The notes under the pieces: model-generated
Database searches by the model: none
What the model saw: only the letters and a program-made list of their open reading frames with translations
What the model was told of the DNA's origin: nothing
In this document: positions 10,135-19,757 of the stretch, in pieces
Position numbering within the stretch: position 1 is the first letter of the stretch
Layout of the letters: every line of letters begins with the position of its first letter
Made by a program: the position numbers and the translations under genes
Assembly (NCBI GenBank): GCA_965215515.1
Contig: OZ244057.1
Span: 1,824,001-1,888,000, forward strand
DNA from: Oligoflexales bacterium
GTDB lineage: Bacteria > Bdellovibrionota_B > Oligoflexia > Oligoflexales > JAPPIL01
DNA length: 64,000 bases
Direction of reading: 5' to 3'

Positions 10135-10899
10135 TCAGGAACTGAGGAAGGATTCTGTGCGGATGTGCAGCTCGTCTACGCCCGCGGCGAGCAGTGCCTG
10201 ACGTGAGGTCTGCATCATCGCCTCAGGCCCACACAACATGAAAGTTTTGTCCGCAACCTTGCCTGCAAGGATATCCACGAGCATCGCCGCGTCGATACGT
10301 CCGTGACGGAAGCGAGGGTCTTTCTCTCCCGTCAAGGTCAAGTGCAAGTGTAAACGAGGAGAGGCGGCAAAAGTCTGCAACTCCTGCCAGCCGATCAGGT
10401 CACGCGTGGTGCGGTAGGAAACAAGCAAGCTCATCGCCGCGGGTGCGCCCTCAGCTGCACGAGGGATGAATTGCCTGATAATACTCAGGAAAGGTGTCAC
10501 ACCGCTGCCCGCGGCGATCATGAACAGATGGGCACGGTCACGCGTTGCATCGTAACAAAAACTGCCGATGGCCCCGCGTGCTCGCAGCAACATTCCTGTG
10601 CGCATATTGTCGTACAGCCAGTTACTGACCACCCCGCCGACCGTACGTTTCACGGTGATACTGATGAAATCACGCTGCCGCGGCGCGCTGGACATGGTGT
10701 AAGAACGGGCGATCGCACCACCGACGAAATTATCGAAACGGAAAGTCAAATACTGCCCCGCATGGTAGTCGAACGGGCAACCCCCTTCCTCGGCATCTAC
10801 CATACGGAAGGTACGGGTGTCGTGCGTCTCAGCGATGACCGCGATGACCCGTAACTTTATCCACCCCCGTTTTATGCGTTGCGGACGTGCGAGAACGAT
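10135..10899 (-). CDS. Ferredoxin-NADP reductase-like FAD/NAD-binding oxidoreductase
   Basis: RSYTMSS, GGVVSNW, IAAGSGVTP, CGP..MM, ESF; frame is open upstream of the ATG at 10803 to an SD-preceded ATC at 10899. Confidence 0.85.
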   Translation of the reverse strand: MVLARPQRIKRGWIKLRVIAVIAETHDTRTFRMVDAEEGGCPFDYHAGQYLTFRFDNFVGGAIARSYTMSSAPRQRDFISITVKRTVGGVVSNWLYDNMRTGMLLRARGAIGSFCYDATRDRAHLFMIAAGSGVTPFLSIIRQFIPRAAEGAPAAMSLLVSYRTTRDLIGWQELQTFAASPRLHLHLTLTGEKDPRFRHGRIDAAMLVDILAGKVADKTFMLCGPEAMMQTSRQALLAAGVDELHIRTESFLSS

Positions 10900-11026
10900 C
10901 GTCTCCCTCCACTTAAGTTAGTGCACATACACGTGTCTCACCCCTTTCTTGCCCTCGGCATGAGGCAAACTATAGCATATTTGAGCTAAAATAGAAGTCA
11001 GATCACCAAGTAAAGGCCGACACACC

Positions 11027-12085
11027 ATGAAGCTTCTGCTACTCACGATGTTCGCGCTCCCCTGTGCTGTATTTGCCGCTGAACACGATTCCACGACAGC
11101 TAGTGACGCACCGCCAGCGACAGCTGTTCCGCAGGACACCACCCCCGCCATAAGAGGGTCAACTCCACCCACGGACGCGCAAGGCACAGCTCCCGATGCT
11201 CTAGATACACCCCCCGAGGATATGGGGGTCGCCACGCCAGATGACATCTCCATGCCCGAGGAACTCGCTGCGCTGCATCACGAAACAAAGAACGAACACC
11301 CTCACGAGCGTTTTGTGCTCTATATCGATGCCCTGAAGTATCGCTTCACAACTCACAACGTAGAGGCAACCCGCGGCCGCCCTCGCAACGAAACATCGTT
11401 CAGCTCCAGTACAACCACCACGACCATGCAAGCCCTCGATACCACCGTCGGTCTGAAAAGCTACCACAATCGCCTGATTCTCGGTTTCGGGATCGCCAGC
11501 AACATCGTTTCCACTTCCGATGCTGTCAGTGGTGGTGCGTTGCTGGTCGGCTACCAGCCGCTCCCTGGCTTGGAAATAGGCGGTCTGCTCTACATCGCAG
11601 GCCGCACCAAGACAACCTCCACAACCAGGGAAGATGTTGTTGACGAGCAGATTTTCGACAGCACCGAAGACAGCACCGCCACCAACAGTACTCACTCTAT
11701 AGGCCCCTGGCTCAAATTGCAGGCGGGTGACCACTGGCAAGCTATGTTTTCCGTTTACTATGCCGCGTCACGAACCGAGCAAACCTCCGATAGCGGTCAA
11801 CAGACAAACGACAGCCAAAGAAACACCGTCAACAAACTGACCACCATTGTCGAACGCAGCTATTTTGCCCTCGATCTTGTCTTCGGCCCTTGGATTCCTC
11901 TCACCGAGCACCTGATCTTCGTGCCACAGATCAACATAACCTGCTACCTACCCCGCGCCTACACCCAAGAGACCAGCATGTCCTCCTCGGGCGGCGACAC
12001 CCTTTCCGAGGACAAGCTGGAGTTCGACGAACACTCTAGCTTCAGCTACTCACTAGTGCTGGGAGGGCTGCGTTATGAGTTTTGA
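11027..12085 (+). CDS. Putative outer-membrane beta-barrel protein
   Basis: Signal peptide, acidic low-complexity N-terminus, alternating beta strands, C-terminal GLRYEF. Confidence 0.65.
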   Translation: MKLLLLTMFALPCAVFAAEHDSTTASDAPPATAVPQDTTPAIRGSTPPTDAQGTAPDALDTPPEDMGVATPDDISMPEELAALHHETKNEHPHERFVLYIDALKYRFTTHNVEATRGRPRNETSFSSSTTTTTMQALDTTVGLKSYHNRLILGFGIASNIVSTSDAVSGGALLVGYQPLPGLEIGGLLYIAGRTKTTSTTREDVVDEQIFDSTEDSTATNSTHSIGPWLKLQAGDHWQAMFSVYYAASRTEQTSDSGQQTNDSQRNTVNKLTTIVERSYFALDLVFGPWIPLTEHLIFVPQINITCYLPRAYTQETSMSSSGGDTLSEDKLEFDEHSSFSYSLVLGGLRYEF

Positions 12086-12663
12086 GCCACACTGACATCT
12101 CCCGTCAGTACTGCCACCACGTTGCTGATCTCACGCGCCGCGGCGATGAGACGAGCGTTATCGCTGACGATGACGGCGCTGTGTGCCTGTTGCCAAACCG
12201 CGAGATCGTCACGGCTGTTACCGACATAGATGAAACGCCGCGGCCCGAACAGCTCGCACAAGCGCGCCGCTTTTGCTTTACGACGCAGGTTGCATACCCC
12301 ATCCGAAGCATAGCAACCGTCGAAAACACCGAGATGAGATGCCACCCGTGTTGCGACACTGCCGTCAGTAGCAGTGACAAGGTAGACCGCCCCACCCCGC
12401 TCCCTGTAGTCCGTAATCAGTTGCAAGACAGCTTGATTGTAAGGCAAACAGCTGACATCTAAAGACACCCGCGCGGCGAGTTGTTGCTTAAAATAAGCAA
12501 GCCCGTGGCACAACCACACCAGCGCTAACAGAGCTCGCCCGCACCGCCGCCCCACCCACAAGCGCACCGCCGCCCAAGTTGTATCGGTCGCGATTAACGT
12601 GCCATCGAGATCGACACAGAGAGGCAGCTCGCCGTCCTGAGGGAGAGAAATCTGTATATCCAC
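12073..12663 (-). CDS. HAD-family hydrolase (resembles the N-domain of HAD-UbiA fusions)
   Basis: PLCVDLDGTL, LVTAT, KAARL, YVGNSRDD; start uncertain. Confidence 0.8.
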   Translation of the reverse strand: MDIQISLPQDGELPLCVDLDGTLIATDTTWAAVRLWVGRRCGRALLALVWLCHGLAYFKQQLAARVSLDVSCLPYNQAVLQLITDYRERGGAVYLVTATDGSVATRVASHLGVFDGCYASDGVCNLRRKAKAARLCELFGPRRFIYVGNSRDDLAVWQQAHSAVIVSDNARLIAAAREISNVVAVLTGDVSVAQNS

Positions 12664-12753
12664 CTCCCGCGCTGAACATCTTAGCTTCAGCAAGCTTAGC
12701 AAATGCACGGAAAAGCATTATACCCTGCAGGCGCAAGGAGCAAAAGTACGGAT

Positions 12754-13593
12754 ATGTTTGAACACGGCACGATCTTTATCAACGCTCTCGATGTCATCGA
12801 CTGCGCGCAGTTCGAAGCTGAACAAGGGATCGTAGGATGTTCGTGGTATCTCGATGTGCAGGCACAAGGACGAGGCGATCGTAATTATTTTGTCAGCGAC
12901 TTCAGTAAACTAAAGCAAAAAATACGCCGCTTCGTAAGTCAGCATCTCGACCATCGTCTGCTCGTACCTACCCATCCTGCCGTGCGTAAAGAGGGAGACA
13001 CTTGGTTGTTCGGCGAGGCGGAGCGGGCGTGGACCTATACCTGCCCTCCCGACGCAGTGCGGCAGCTACCGCTGCCGCAAGTTGACCGCGCCAGCGTCGG
13101 CACGTGGCTGCACGCGGTCCTACAGCGGGAGGTAGGCGAGGAGTTGCAGATCACGGTCGGCCTGCGCGCCGATGAGCCACGCACAGGGGTGTGCTTTCAG
13201 TATACGCATGGTTTGCCTGGTCACGACGGCAATTGCCAGCGTCTATTGCACGGACATTCAGGTCGCGTGCAAGTGCTGGCAGATGGTGTGCACCAGCTGG
13301 AGTTAGAAAAACATCTCGCCCAAAAAATTTTGCCTCGCCAGGTGCATTTCCTCAACTCGCAGCACATCACCGCCCAGGGAAGACACATCGGTATGGCTTA
13401 CGAGAGCGGTCAAGGCTACTTTGCCGCAACTCTGCCGCGCGCACAGGCGATCGTGCTTCCCGCGCGGGAGAGCAGCATCGAGGCTATCACGCACTATCTT
13501 GCCGCGCAGCTCAGGCAACGCTTCACCCCTATGGCACGCACCGAGATTATCTGTTACGAAGGGATGGATAAGGGAGCACGTTGTTTTCTGTAA
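12754..13593 (+). CDS. Two-domain 6-carboxytetrahydropterin synthase/PTPS-like protein
   Basis: DFSKLK, LDHRLLVP, YTHGL..HDGNCQRLLHGH, EGMDKGA. Confidence 0.8.
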   Translation: MFEHGTIFINALDVIDCAQFEAEQGIVGCSWYLDVQAQGRGDRNYFVSDFSKLKQKIRRFVSQHLDHRLLVPTHPAVRKEGDTWLFGEAERAWTYTCPPDAVRQLPLPQVDRASVGTWLHAVLQREVGEELQITVGLRADEPRTGVCFQYTHGLPGHDGNCQRLLHGHSGRVQVLADGVHQLELEKHLAQKILPRQVHFLNSQHITAQGRHIGMAYESGQGYFAATLPRAQAIVLPARESSIEAITHYLAAQLRQRFTPMARTEIICYEGMDKGARCFL

Positions 13594-13597
13594 TACG

Positions 13598-16500
13598 CTA
13601 TTGGCATCTGTTGCTGAGTTTGATGATCTTGGCGCGCAACAGGTAGCGTCCTTGGCTATTATTCAGCCCGCCGACCAGCAGATTAACGAAGGTAGGTGCG
13701 TCACTTCTGACCCTGAACCAGAGATAGTGCAGGCGGTCGGATTTCCCGATCACCTGCCCGCGGCTGTGGGCGAGATGGAAGGGACAGCGTTCTCGGATCC
13801 GCGTGGTGGCGAGATTGTTGTAGGTGTAAGAGTAAAGAAGCTGATCGTCACCAGAGTTGCTGTGGATCATAATGGGATCGACACAGACATCAAAATCGAC
13901 CCCGAACACTCCCTCACAATGGTCAACACCTGCGTTCGGCAGGATACGGCTGGCATCGACATTGAGCTGGCGACGAATGTCGCTGGTGCGCATCGTGCTG
14001 TCGAGGTCACAAGGGTAGTTTTGCGGCGGCGCAGTCTGTCTCTCCCCCGTACAGGGGCCGCGTTTCCCTTCGGCGAAGGATGGGTCATAGTAGGTATTCC
14101 AGGTTTGCGAGCTCTTTTTTAAATTGACAAAATTTTCACGAGGAAACCAGTTGTCGTCACCGACTCTTCCCTCGGTAGCGGCGCAATCAGCACCGACTGC
14201 GTCATGGTTACAGATGTAACGTTTCGTTTTCAGTATCTCCTTAGCTGCTTCCCCCAGCGCGGTGCTGTCCTTTGTGCGACAGTCGTTTTCTGCATCGAGA
14301 CCTATCGCGGTGCAAGCTTCCAGTTTATCCTCGTCCTCCTCTTCATCATCAAAGGGCGCATCTGGGAGGTAGTTGATAAACTCTTCCAAGCTGTCCACAT
14401 ACTCATCGTTGACCGTTTCAATTTTTTTATCAAAGTTAGTGTCCTCGTCCACCGTATAAAAAACGAAAGGATTTGCTTCGGCATCTGCATCCCAACTAAA
14501 ATTAAAAAACTGGCGTGCCGCTTCGTCAGGACAGAAGGCACGAATACCGTTGCGGTCACAACTGAGTACCCCGTTGTTGAAACGTTGTGCATCGACAAAG
14601 GGACGGTTGGCAAACAAAAAATTATCGATCGGCAGATCGTAGCCATCGATGCTTCGTTGGTGGCGGATATCGAAGGTTTCTGCGTCGATGATGCCTCCGT
14701 TCGCACATTGTCCAGGGTTTGCTCTCGTCGCTTGGCACAGCACAGGCTCGCCTACTACTCCTTCCAGCTCGATGTCGAGATCCTCAAATTTTGCCCAGAT
14801 GTTGCGTCCCTTGAAAATTTCCAAGTTAGGGGTTGTCGCGAGTGTAAAAGGTACGAGCTGACTAGGGTAGTCACGCACCTTCGTCTGTACCAAGACGGTA
14901 AACTCCTCACCAGGACGACAAGCGCGTAGTGCGCAGGGGTCAACTTTAATGGTGTAGGAATCGGCATCACCGACAGTCATCGGGTTGAGGGCGATGTTAT
15001 CGATTGAACCTGCAATCCACAGTTCTTTGTCTTCTTGCAGTGTCCATTCCTGCATACTGTTCGGTGGGTAGGGAGGATTATCGTAATGGGTTTGCTCAGG
15101 GTCGGTGGTATCGGTAAGATTTGTCACTCGCACATCCATGTGACCGAGCTCGGAAGTTTTTTCTTGATGAATTTTGCGCAAATTAGCATCGCGATCACCG
15201 AGAGGTACAATTACAACTTGCAAGCCTTTACCGAAACTGCCGACAATATCGGTACGTTCTGCGGTCAGTCCTGTTATCATCACATAGGTTACCGAATTGT
15301 CTACTAGTCTCAAATCCATATCGCTGTCGGGCAACACCACCTGATAGAGTATGTTGTCGAGATTAGGAAACGGGCTGGCATGGGTACGATCCCACGCTGC
15401 TGCGGCGGGATTGTTAACATCGCCTGAGAGAAACGTCTGGCCGTCGTTGGCAAGCTCGACCGTCAGAGGTGGATCGGAGGGTGATACTTCTGTGCCCGCG
15501 AGATTGTTATCATCGAACAGCGGCATTTCCAGCGGTTTTGCGATATTCTCTGTGCCTGTGTCTGCTTTGTCCCACAAGCCACGCACTGCCGCGGGGTTGT
15601 CGGCAAGATGGGCAACAACTGTGATGCCAAAATCAAGCAACAGTTGTTCCAAGCTAACGCCAAAAGTATTTTCAATATTAACTCCGCCAGTTAATTCGGT
15701 ATCGACCAAACTTTTCAGTTTGTCACATATCGTGACTTTGTTGCCGCACAGACGAGTGTGCATGTACCAGGCAAACATGGTCAGCATGCCTTGTCTTTCT
15801 TCATCATCGATGATATTTTCGTAGTTACTCGATGGTCTTCCCAGAGGATCGATTGTCTGCGGACGGGAGGTTAGATACTGAGCGAGTTTGTGAAAAACAA
15901 AATTATTCCCCCCGATATAAGAGGAGGCCAACATAGCCAAAGCTTCCATCAGCCAGTGTTCCTCTCGCACTAGCCTGTCATCGACGATTGTTTTGTGATT
16001 GAGCATAATCAAATTCATCAACTGTGCTGCAACGTATCCTTTGCTGTAATTACTGGAGATAGAATTAGCACTGGACAGAAACCCGTAGGTGTAAATGCCC
16101 GCGGGATCGGGGACCCATAGGTAGATAATTTCACCTTCGTTGCTGGTAGAATTACGTCGAGCATCGAAGGGAGCGAGGTCATTGGGGCGCGAGGCTAGGG
16201 TAGCACTGAAATAATCAATGCGCTCCGAAGGATAACCATTGAAATGGGAGCGGTTTACGTCGGGGGACATAAAGATATCGACTGAACCATTGCTGTCGAC
16301 ATCACTGACATCACCGAAGGTAGCGCGGAGGCGAGTGTAGGCTTTCTCGGCTTCCTCGGCGAGGTTACGCAGATGTGCCATGTAGAGACGGTCGGTGACG
16401 GGGTTATTTTGGTCGGTAAAACCGATGGCATCGAAATCCCCAGGAGCTTGCCCCACTGCGATGCAAGGGTTGCCGTATTCTTCGTCAACCCAGATACGGA

Positions 16501-17161
16501 CTTTCTTTTTTGCGCTGACCAGCAACAAGCGTCCTGTTTTAGAGACGGTGTATTCGCTACTATCGGTGTCGCCTGGGCCGCGGCTAACACGGCGCGATGG
16601 CATGCGGAAAATACTTATACTACATAGTTCGGGCGATGAAGTTATGTCGAAGCGTTTTGTTTGTGTGGAGATGGTGGCGAGGTAGTTGCGGTGGGCATCG
16701 CTCATCGGCAGTGCGGTGGCGCGCACACGTGCTCGCTTGTCTGTGCGGGGTAGCGGGGCAAGACGTGCCCCCTCGGCTTCACCGCCGCCCGCCCCGCAGC
16801 TGCTAGCACCTGGGTCGTCGTTTTCAAAATAATCTTCTCTGACGGGTGTACCGATTTCTTCAGCAGGTCGTACTTTAAGGCGTACACACGATTCTGTGTT
16901 TGCTTTTACCACCAGCACATATTCGGAGAGATAACGTCCGAATTCGTGTCTGCCACTGGTTTTAAAATTAAGGATATGCTGACTAGCTCCGCTGCGGGTA
17001 TCGATGGTCATCAAGCCGTCAGGATCAACATCGGTTTCTTCGATGGATACTGCTGACTCAGTATTTGCTCCGCCTCCTGAGCAAGAGCTGCCCGCTTGTC
17101 CTATGGCAAAAAGTACGAGCAAAAGACGTAACATAGCGAATTTTCTACTAACTGCATCCAT
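13598..17161 (-). CDS. Large lipoprotein with a degenerate M30-like metallopeptidase domain
   Basis: Lipobox-like AGSSC, FGDVSDVDSNGSVDIF, SNEGEIIY, WLMEALA; the HExxH position reads AQLMN. Confidence 0.6.
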   Translation of the reverse strand: MDAVSRKFAMLRLLLVLFAIGQAGSSCSGGGANTESAVSIEETDVDPDGLMTIDTRSGASQHILNFKTSGRHEFGRYLSEYVLVVKANTESCVRLKVRPAEEIGTPVREDYFENDDPGASSCGAGGGEAEGARLAPLPRTDKRARVRATALPMSDAHRNYLATISTQTKRFDITSSPELCSISIFRMPSRRVSRGPGDTDSSEYTVSKTGRLLLVSAKKKVRIWVDEEYGNPCIAVGQAPGDFDAIGFTDQNNPVTDRLYMAHLRNLAEEAEKAYTRLRATFGDVSDVDSNGSVDIFMSPDVNRSHFNGYPSERIDYFSATLASRPNDLAPFDARRNSTSNEGEIIYLWVPDPAGIYTYGFLSSANSISSNYSKGYVAAQLMNLIMLNHKTIVDDRLVREEHWLMEALAMLASSYIGGNNFVFHKLAQYLTSRPQTIDPLGRPSSNYENIIDDEERQGMLTMFAWYMHTRLCGNKVTICDKLKSLVDTELTGGVNIENTFGVSLEQLLLDFGITVVAHLADNPAAVRGLWDKADTGTENIAKPLEMPLFDDNNLAGTEVSPSDPPLTVELANDGQTFLSGDVNNPAAAAWDRTHASPFPNLDNILYQVVLPDSDMDLRLVDNSVTYVMITGLTAERTDIVGSFGKGLQVVIVPLGDRDANLRKIHQEKTSELGHMDVRVTNLTDTTDPEQTHYDNPPYPPNSMQEWTLQEDKELWIAGSIDNIALNPMTVGDADSYTIKVDPCALRACRPGEEFTVLVQTKVRDYPSQLVPFTLATTPNLEIFKGRNIWAKFEDLDIELEGVVGEPVLCQATRANPGQCANGGIIDAETFDIRHQRSIDGYDLPIDNFLFANRPFVDAQRFNNGVLSCDRNGIRAFCPDEAARQFFNFSWDADAEANPFVFYTVDEDTNFDKKIETVNDEYVDSLEEFINYLPDAPFDDEEEDEDKLEACTAIGLDAENDCRTKDSTALGEAAKEILKTKRYICNHDAVGADCAATEGRVGDDNWFPRENFVNLKKSSQTWNTYYDPSFAEGKRGPCTGERQTAPPQNYPCDLDSTMRTSDIRRQLNVDASRILPNAGVDHCEGVFGVDFDVCVDPIMIHSNSGDDQLLYSYTYNNLATTRIRERCPFHLAHSRGQVIGKSDRLHYLWFRVRSDAPTFVNLLVGGLNNSQGRYLLRAKIIKLSNRCQ

Positions 17162-17171
17162 CTCTCCTGTT

Positions 17172-17198
17172 CCATCGGCAGCTCGGAGGAAAAAGTTA
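17172..17198 (-). promoter_or_regulatory. Sigma-28-like promoter
   Basis: TAAC-N15-GCCGATGG; would favour the downstream ATG at 17134 as start. Confidence 0.45.
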
Positions 17199-17240
17199 GC
17201 GCTACCCTCTTCTCTTTATCTCGACGCTGCGGGTAGGGCA

Positions 17241-17511
17241 TGTAGATGCCCTCGTAAAAAGCGGACACCCTGACTTTAGCTTAAATAAAATACCACGCAC
17301 AGTCAGATGCAGCCTCTTCTTGCGATACACGCCCGCCTCCAACAGTTTGTTTTTAAATATTGACCATTGTTCATCTGTGAGTACAATGCCTCTCATTGGT
17401 AAACCTCTGGAGATTATTATCACATCTTTCCATATGATGCAGGTTTGCCCTACTAATTACAAGTGATTAGCACACACAAAAAATTATTAAACGAAACGTC
17501 GACACGCCCTA
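17241..17511 (-). mobile_element. IS5-family remnant (orfA N-terminus) fused to an IS2-like left end
   Basis: End TAGGGCGTGTCGAC at 17511; MRGIVLTDEQW...GILFKLKSGCP truncated by TGTAGATGCCCTCGTAAAAAGCGGACACCC. Confidence 0.8.
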
Positions 17512-17585
17512 TTATAATAAAATTACATTTTTTATACTTTACTATCGTCTATATTCCAGGTGGTTGCGACCACCTCTAGTTCCCG

Positions 17586-17639
17586 CGGGGAAGAGCCGCA
17601 CAGGCTCTTCCCCGAACTCCTGAGTTCCGCAGGTAAATT
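17586..17639. repeat. 12-bp GC hairpin plus IS1634-like end CCTGAGTTCCGCAGGTAAATT
   Basis: CGGGGAAGAGCC-gcaca-GGCTCTTCCCCG; the 20 bp at 17620-17639 are identical to 45567-45586. Confidence 0.7.
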
Positions 17640-17800
17640 AGCATTGTTGTTAGATCTGGGGGATGTTTCCTTGCGTACAAACATGCCCCCACCATAGCAT
17701 CCCCCTCAACCTCTGTCAATAGAAAAAGTTAGTCAGGCACTACAAAAGGGGAAGACAGACAAAACACCGCAATATCTGTGCCATTTGTTCAGTTTGGTGG

Positions 17801-19333
17801 TCACAGCAGGTCGCTGGGCAGCAGGTTATGTCGGCCGTGCTGGGAGCTGAGCAGTTTGGCGCGTTGGCTCAGTTGAGTGTAGGCGGTGAAGAAAGCTGGC
17901 ATTACGGAACGCAGGGCGAGGAGGTACGCCGCGATCAGGCCGCACAGCACGTCGCCGCTGCCTGCTTTGGCGAGGCTGTTGTCGCCCGTGTCACACGCGT
18001 AGGTAGGGTCGTTGGAGTGGGGTGTGAACAGTAGGGGGCAGGTGCTTTTGTAAACAAGGTGTACACCTTGCGCTACGGCCAAGCGTTTGACTTCTGCGCA
18101 CAGGGTAAGGGTGTGGGGATGTGGGAGGGTGGGAGTGGCCAGGCGTGTCCATTCACCAGGGTGGGGTGTGAGGAGAATACCTCGAGTAGCTGGTCGCATC
18201 AGTGCACCGTCGACCGCCGCGGCATCGATGACGACGAATCCTCCTGTGGCGGTATATTTCTGTAGGAATTGCCAGAGCTGGTCATCGATAATGGCATCAA
18301 CAGTGCCAGGCCCGATGACGATAACTCGCACTCGGCGTGCGGTGACGAACCTGGCTAGTGTAGGGGTGTCTACTTTAGGGTGGCGAAAAAAGTGTTCGTA
18401 CATCAGCTCTAGCGGCAGGGGTTGGGGCGGTGTGTTTTGGTGGTCGAGAGCGACTGACACCAGTCCTGCCCCTGCGCGGAGAGCGGCCAAGCCGCTCAGA
18501 AGTGGTGCGCCGTGTTTGCCGCGGCTACCACCGATTATCAGCACATGGCCGCGTTGGTATTTGTGTGCGGTGTGTGGCAGTGCCGCGAAGGGTTCGCTTG
18601 TTTGCAGTGGTTTAGGATCAACCCAGCGTAGTTGCGGAGGGTGAGCTTGCATTGCGGTGTGCACACAGTGAGGCGGAAAACCGATGTCTGCGACATGCAC
18701 TGTGCCGCATGAGGTGCGGCTGGTGGAGAGCACGTGTGCGGCTTTGCGCGCTCCGAAGGTTATCGTCATGTCTGCTTGCACCGTCGTTTGTGTGTGTGTG
18801 CTACCGTCCGCAGCCAAGCCGCTGGGGAGGTCGATGGCTAGCACTTTGGCGTGTGGCATGGCGTTGATGGTCGTAATAATTTCTCGCATTGTGCCGTGTG
18901 GCTCGCCTCGCCAGCCTAGCCCTACCAGACCGTCGATGATTAGGACATTTCGGTCTGTGATTTGTGTCAGTCTTTCTGGTCGATAGAGTAGGTTTGCGGC
19001 GTTAGTTTGGGTAACTGCTGTGTAGATACGCAGTTGTTGGACGGCCAGCTCGCTGCGTGGTTTGTCGGTGAGCAGCACTACCTCTGGTCGGTGCGCGTAC
19101 AACAAGCGTGCTGCGACCAGCGCATCGCCACCGTTGTTGCCGCTACCGACGAGAACGATAATTTTGTGTGTTGTTGCGCCATGTGCAAGGGCTTGGGTGT
19201 AGATTTCTATCCCCGCGTGTTCCATTAGCAGTAGTGCTGGTATCGCCGTGCAGCTAGCGGTATCTACGGCGGCGGCTAGTCGTTGTGACCATACGGGCAG
19301 GGTGGTAATATCGTGATTAAGTGGTTTTGGCAT
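17801..19333 (-). CDS. nnr: Bifunctional NAD(P)H-hydrate epimerase/dehydratase
   Basis: LMEHAG, GSGNNGGD, DLPSG, HKYQRG, LTPHPGE, AGSGDVL. Confidence 0.93.
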   Translation of the reverse strand: MPKPLNHDITTLPVWSQRLAAAVDTASCTAIPALLLMEHAGIEIYTQALAHGATTHKIIVLVGSGNNGGDALVAARLLYAHRPEVVLLTDKPRSELAVQQLRIYTAVTQTNAANLLYRPERLTQITDRNVLIIDGLVGLGWRGEPHGTMREIITTINAMPHAKVLAIDLPSGLAADGSTHTQTTVQADMTITFGARKAAHVLSTSRTSCGTVHVADIGFPPHCVHTAMQAHPPQLRWVDPKPLQTSEPFAALPHTAHKYQRGHVLIIGGSRGKHGAPLLSGLAALRAGAGLVSVALDHQNTPPQPLPLELMYEHFFRHPKVDTPTLARFVTARRVRVIVIGPGTVDAIIDDQLWQFLQKYTATGGFVVIDAAAVDGALMRPATRGILLTPHPGEWTRLATPTLPHPHTLTLCAEVKRLAVAQGVHLVYKSTCPLLFTPHSNDPTYACDTGDNSLAKAGSGDVLCGLIAAYLLALRSVMPAFFTAYTQLSQRAKLLSSQHGRHNLLPSDLL

Positions 19334-19340
19334 GGTCGGG

Positions 19341-19757
19341 TCAGGGAGTATGTTCCAGCAGATGTTCGAAGATGTGTTGTATCAACATATTAGTGTTGAA
19401 TTTTTGCCCTCCTGTGTTTGTCCAGTATAGTAAACCTAGGTTACTGAGTTGTGGCTGGAAGTATGTTTGCTCCTTCTCTTGTTCGGCGAATTCGGCGATG
19501 GTGAACAGCTGCAGCTGTAGTTGTCCTTTGCGGTAGGTGAGCCGTGCCGTTGCTCGTGCGAAGATGATGTCGGCGGCGTTGTCGTTGCGCTGGAAAACCT
19601 TGATATTGCGGGTATCGCGGCGGTGGAAGTTAAAAATTGCGGCACAGCGTTGTAGTTCTTCCCATAGTTCGCACATGGCAGCGGTGTGTGTTTGTGGTTT
19701 TTTAGTTTTGTTTTGTTGGGTGGCCAGGTGTTGCAACCACAGATCGGCGCTGTTCAT
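19341..19757 (-). CDS. Hypothetical protein
   Basis: 138 aa ORF in an apparent operon with nnr, with the same codon skew. Confidence 0.65.
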   Translation of the reverse strand: MNSADLWLQHLATQQNKTKKPQTHTAAMCELWEELQRCAAIFNFHRRDTRNIKVFQRNDNAADIIFARATARLTYRKGQLQLQLFTIAEFAEQEKEQTYFQPQLSNLGLLYWTNTGGQKFNTNMLIQHIFEHLLEHTP

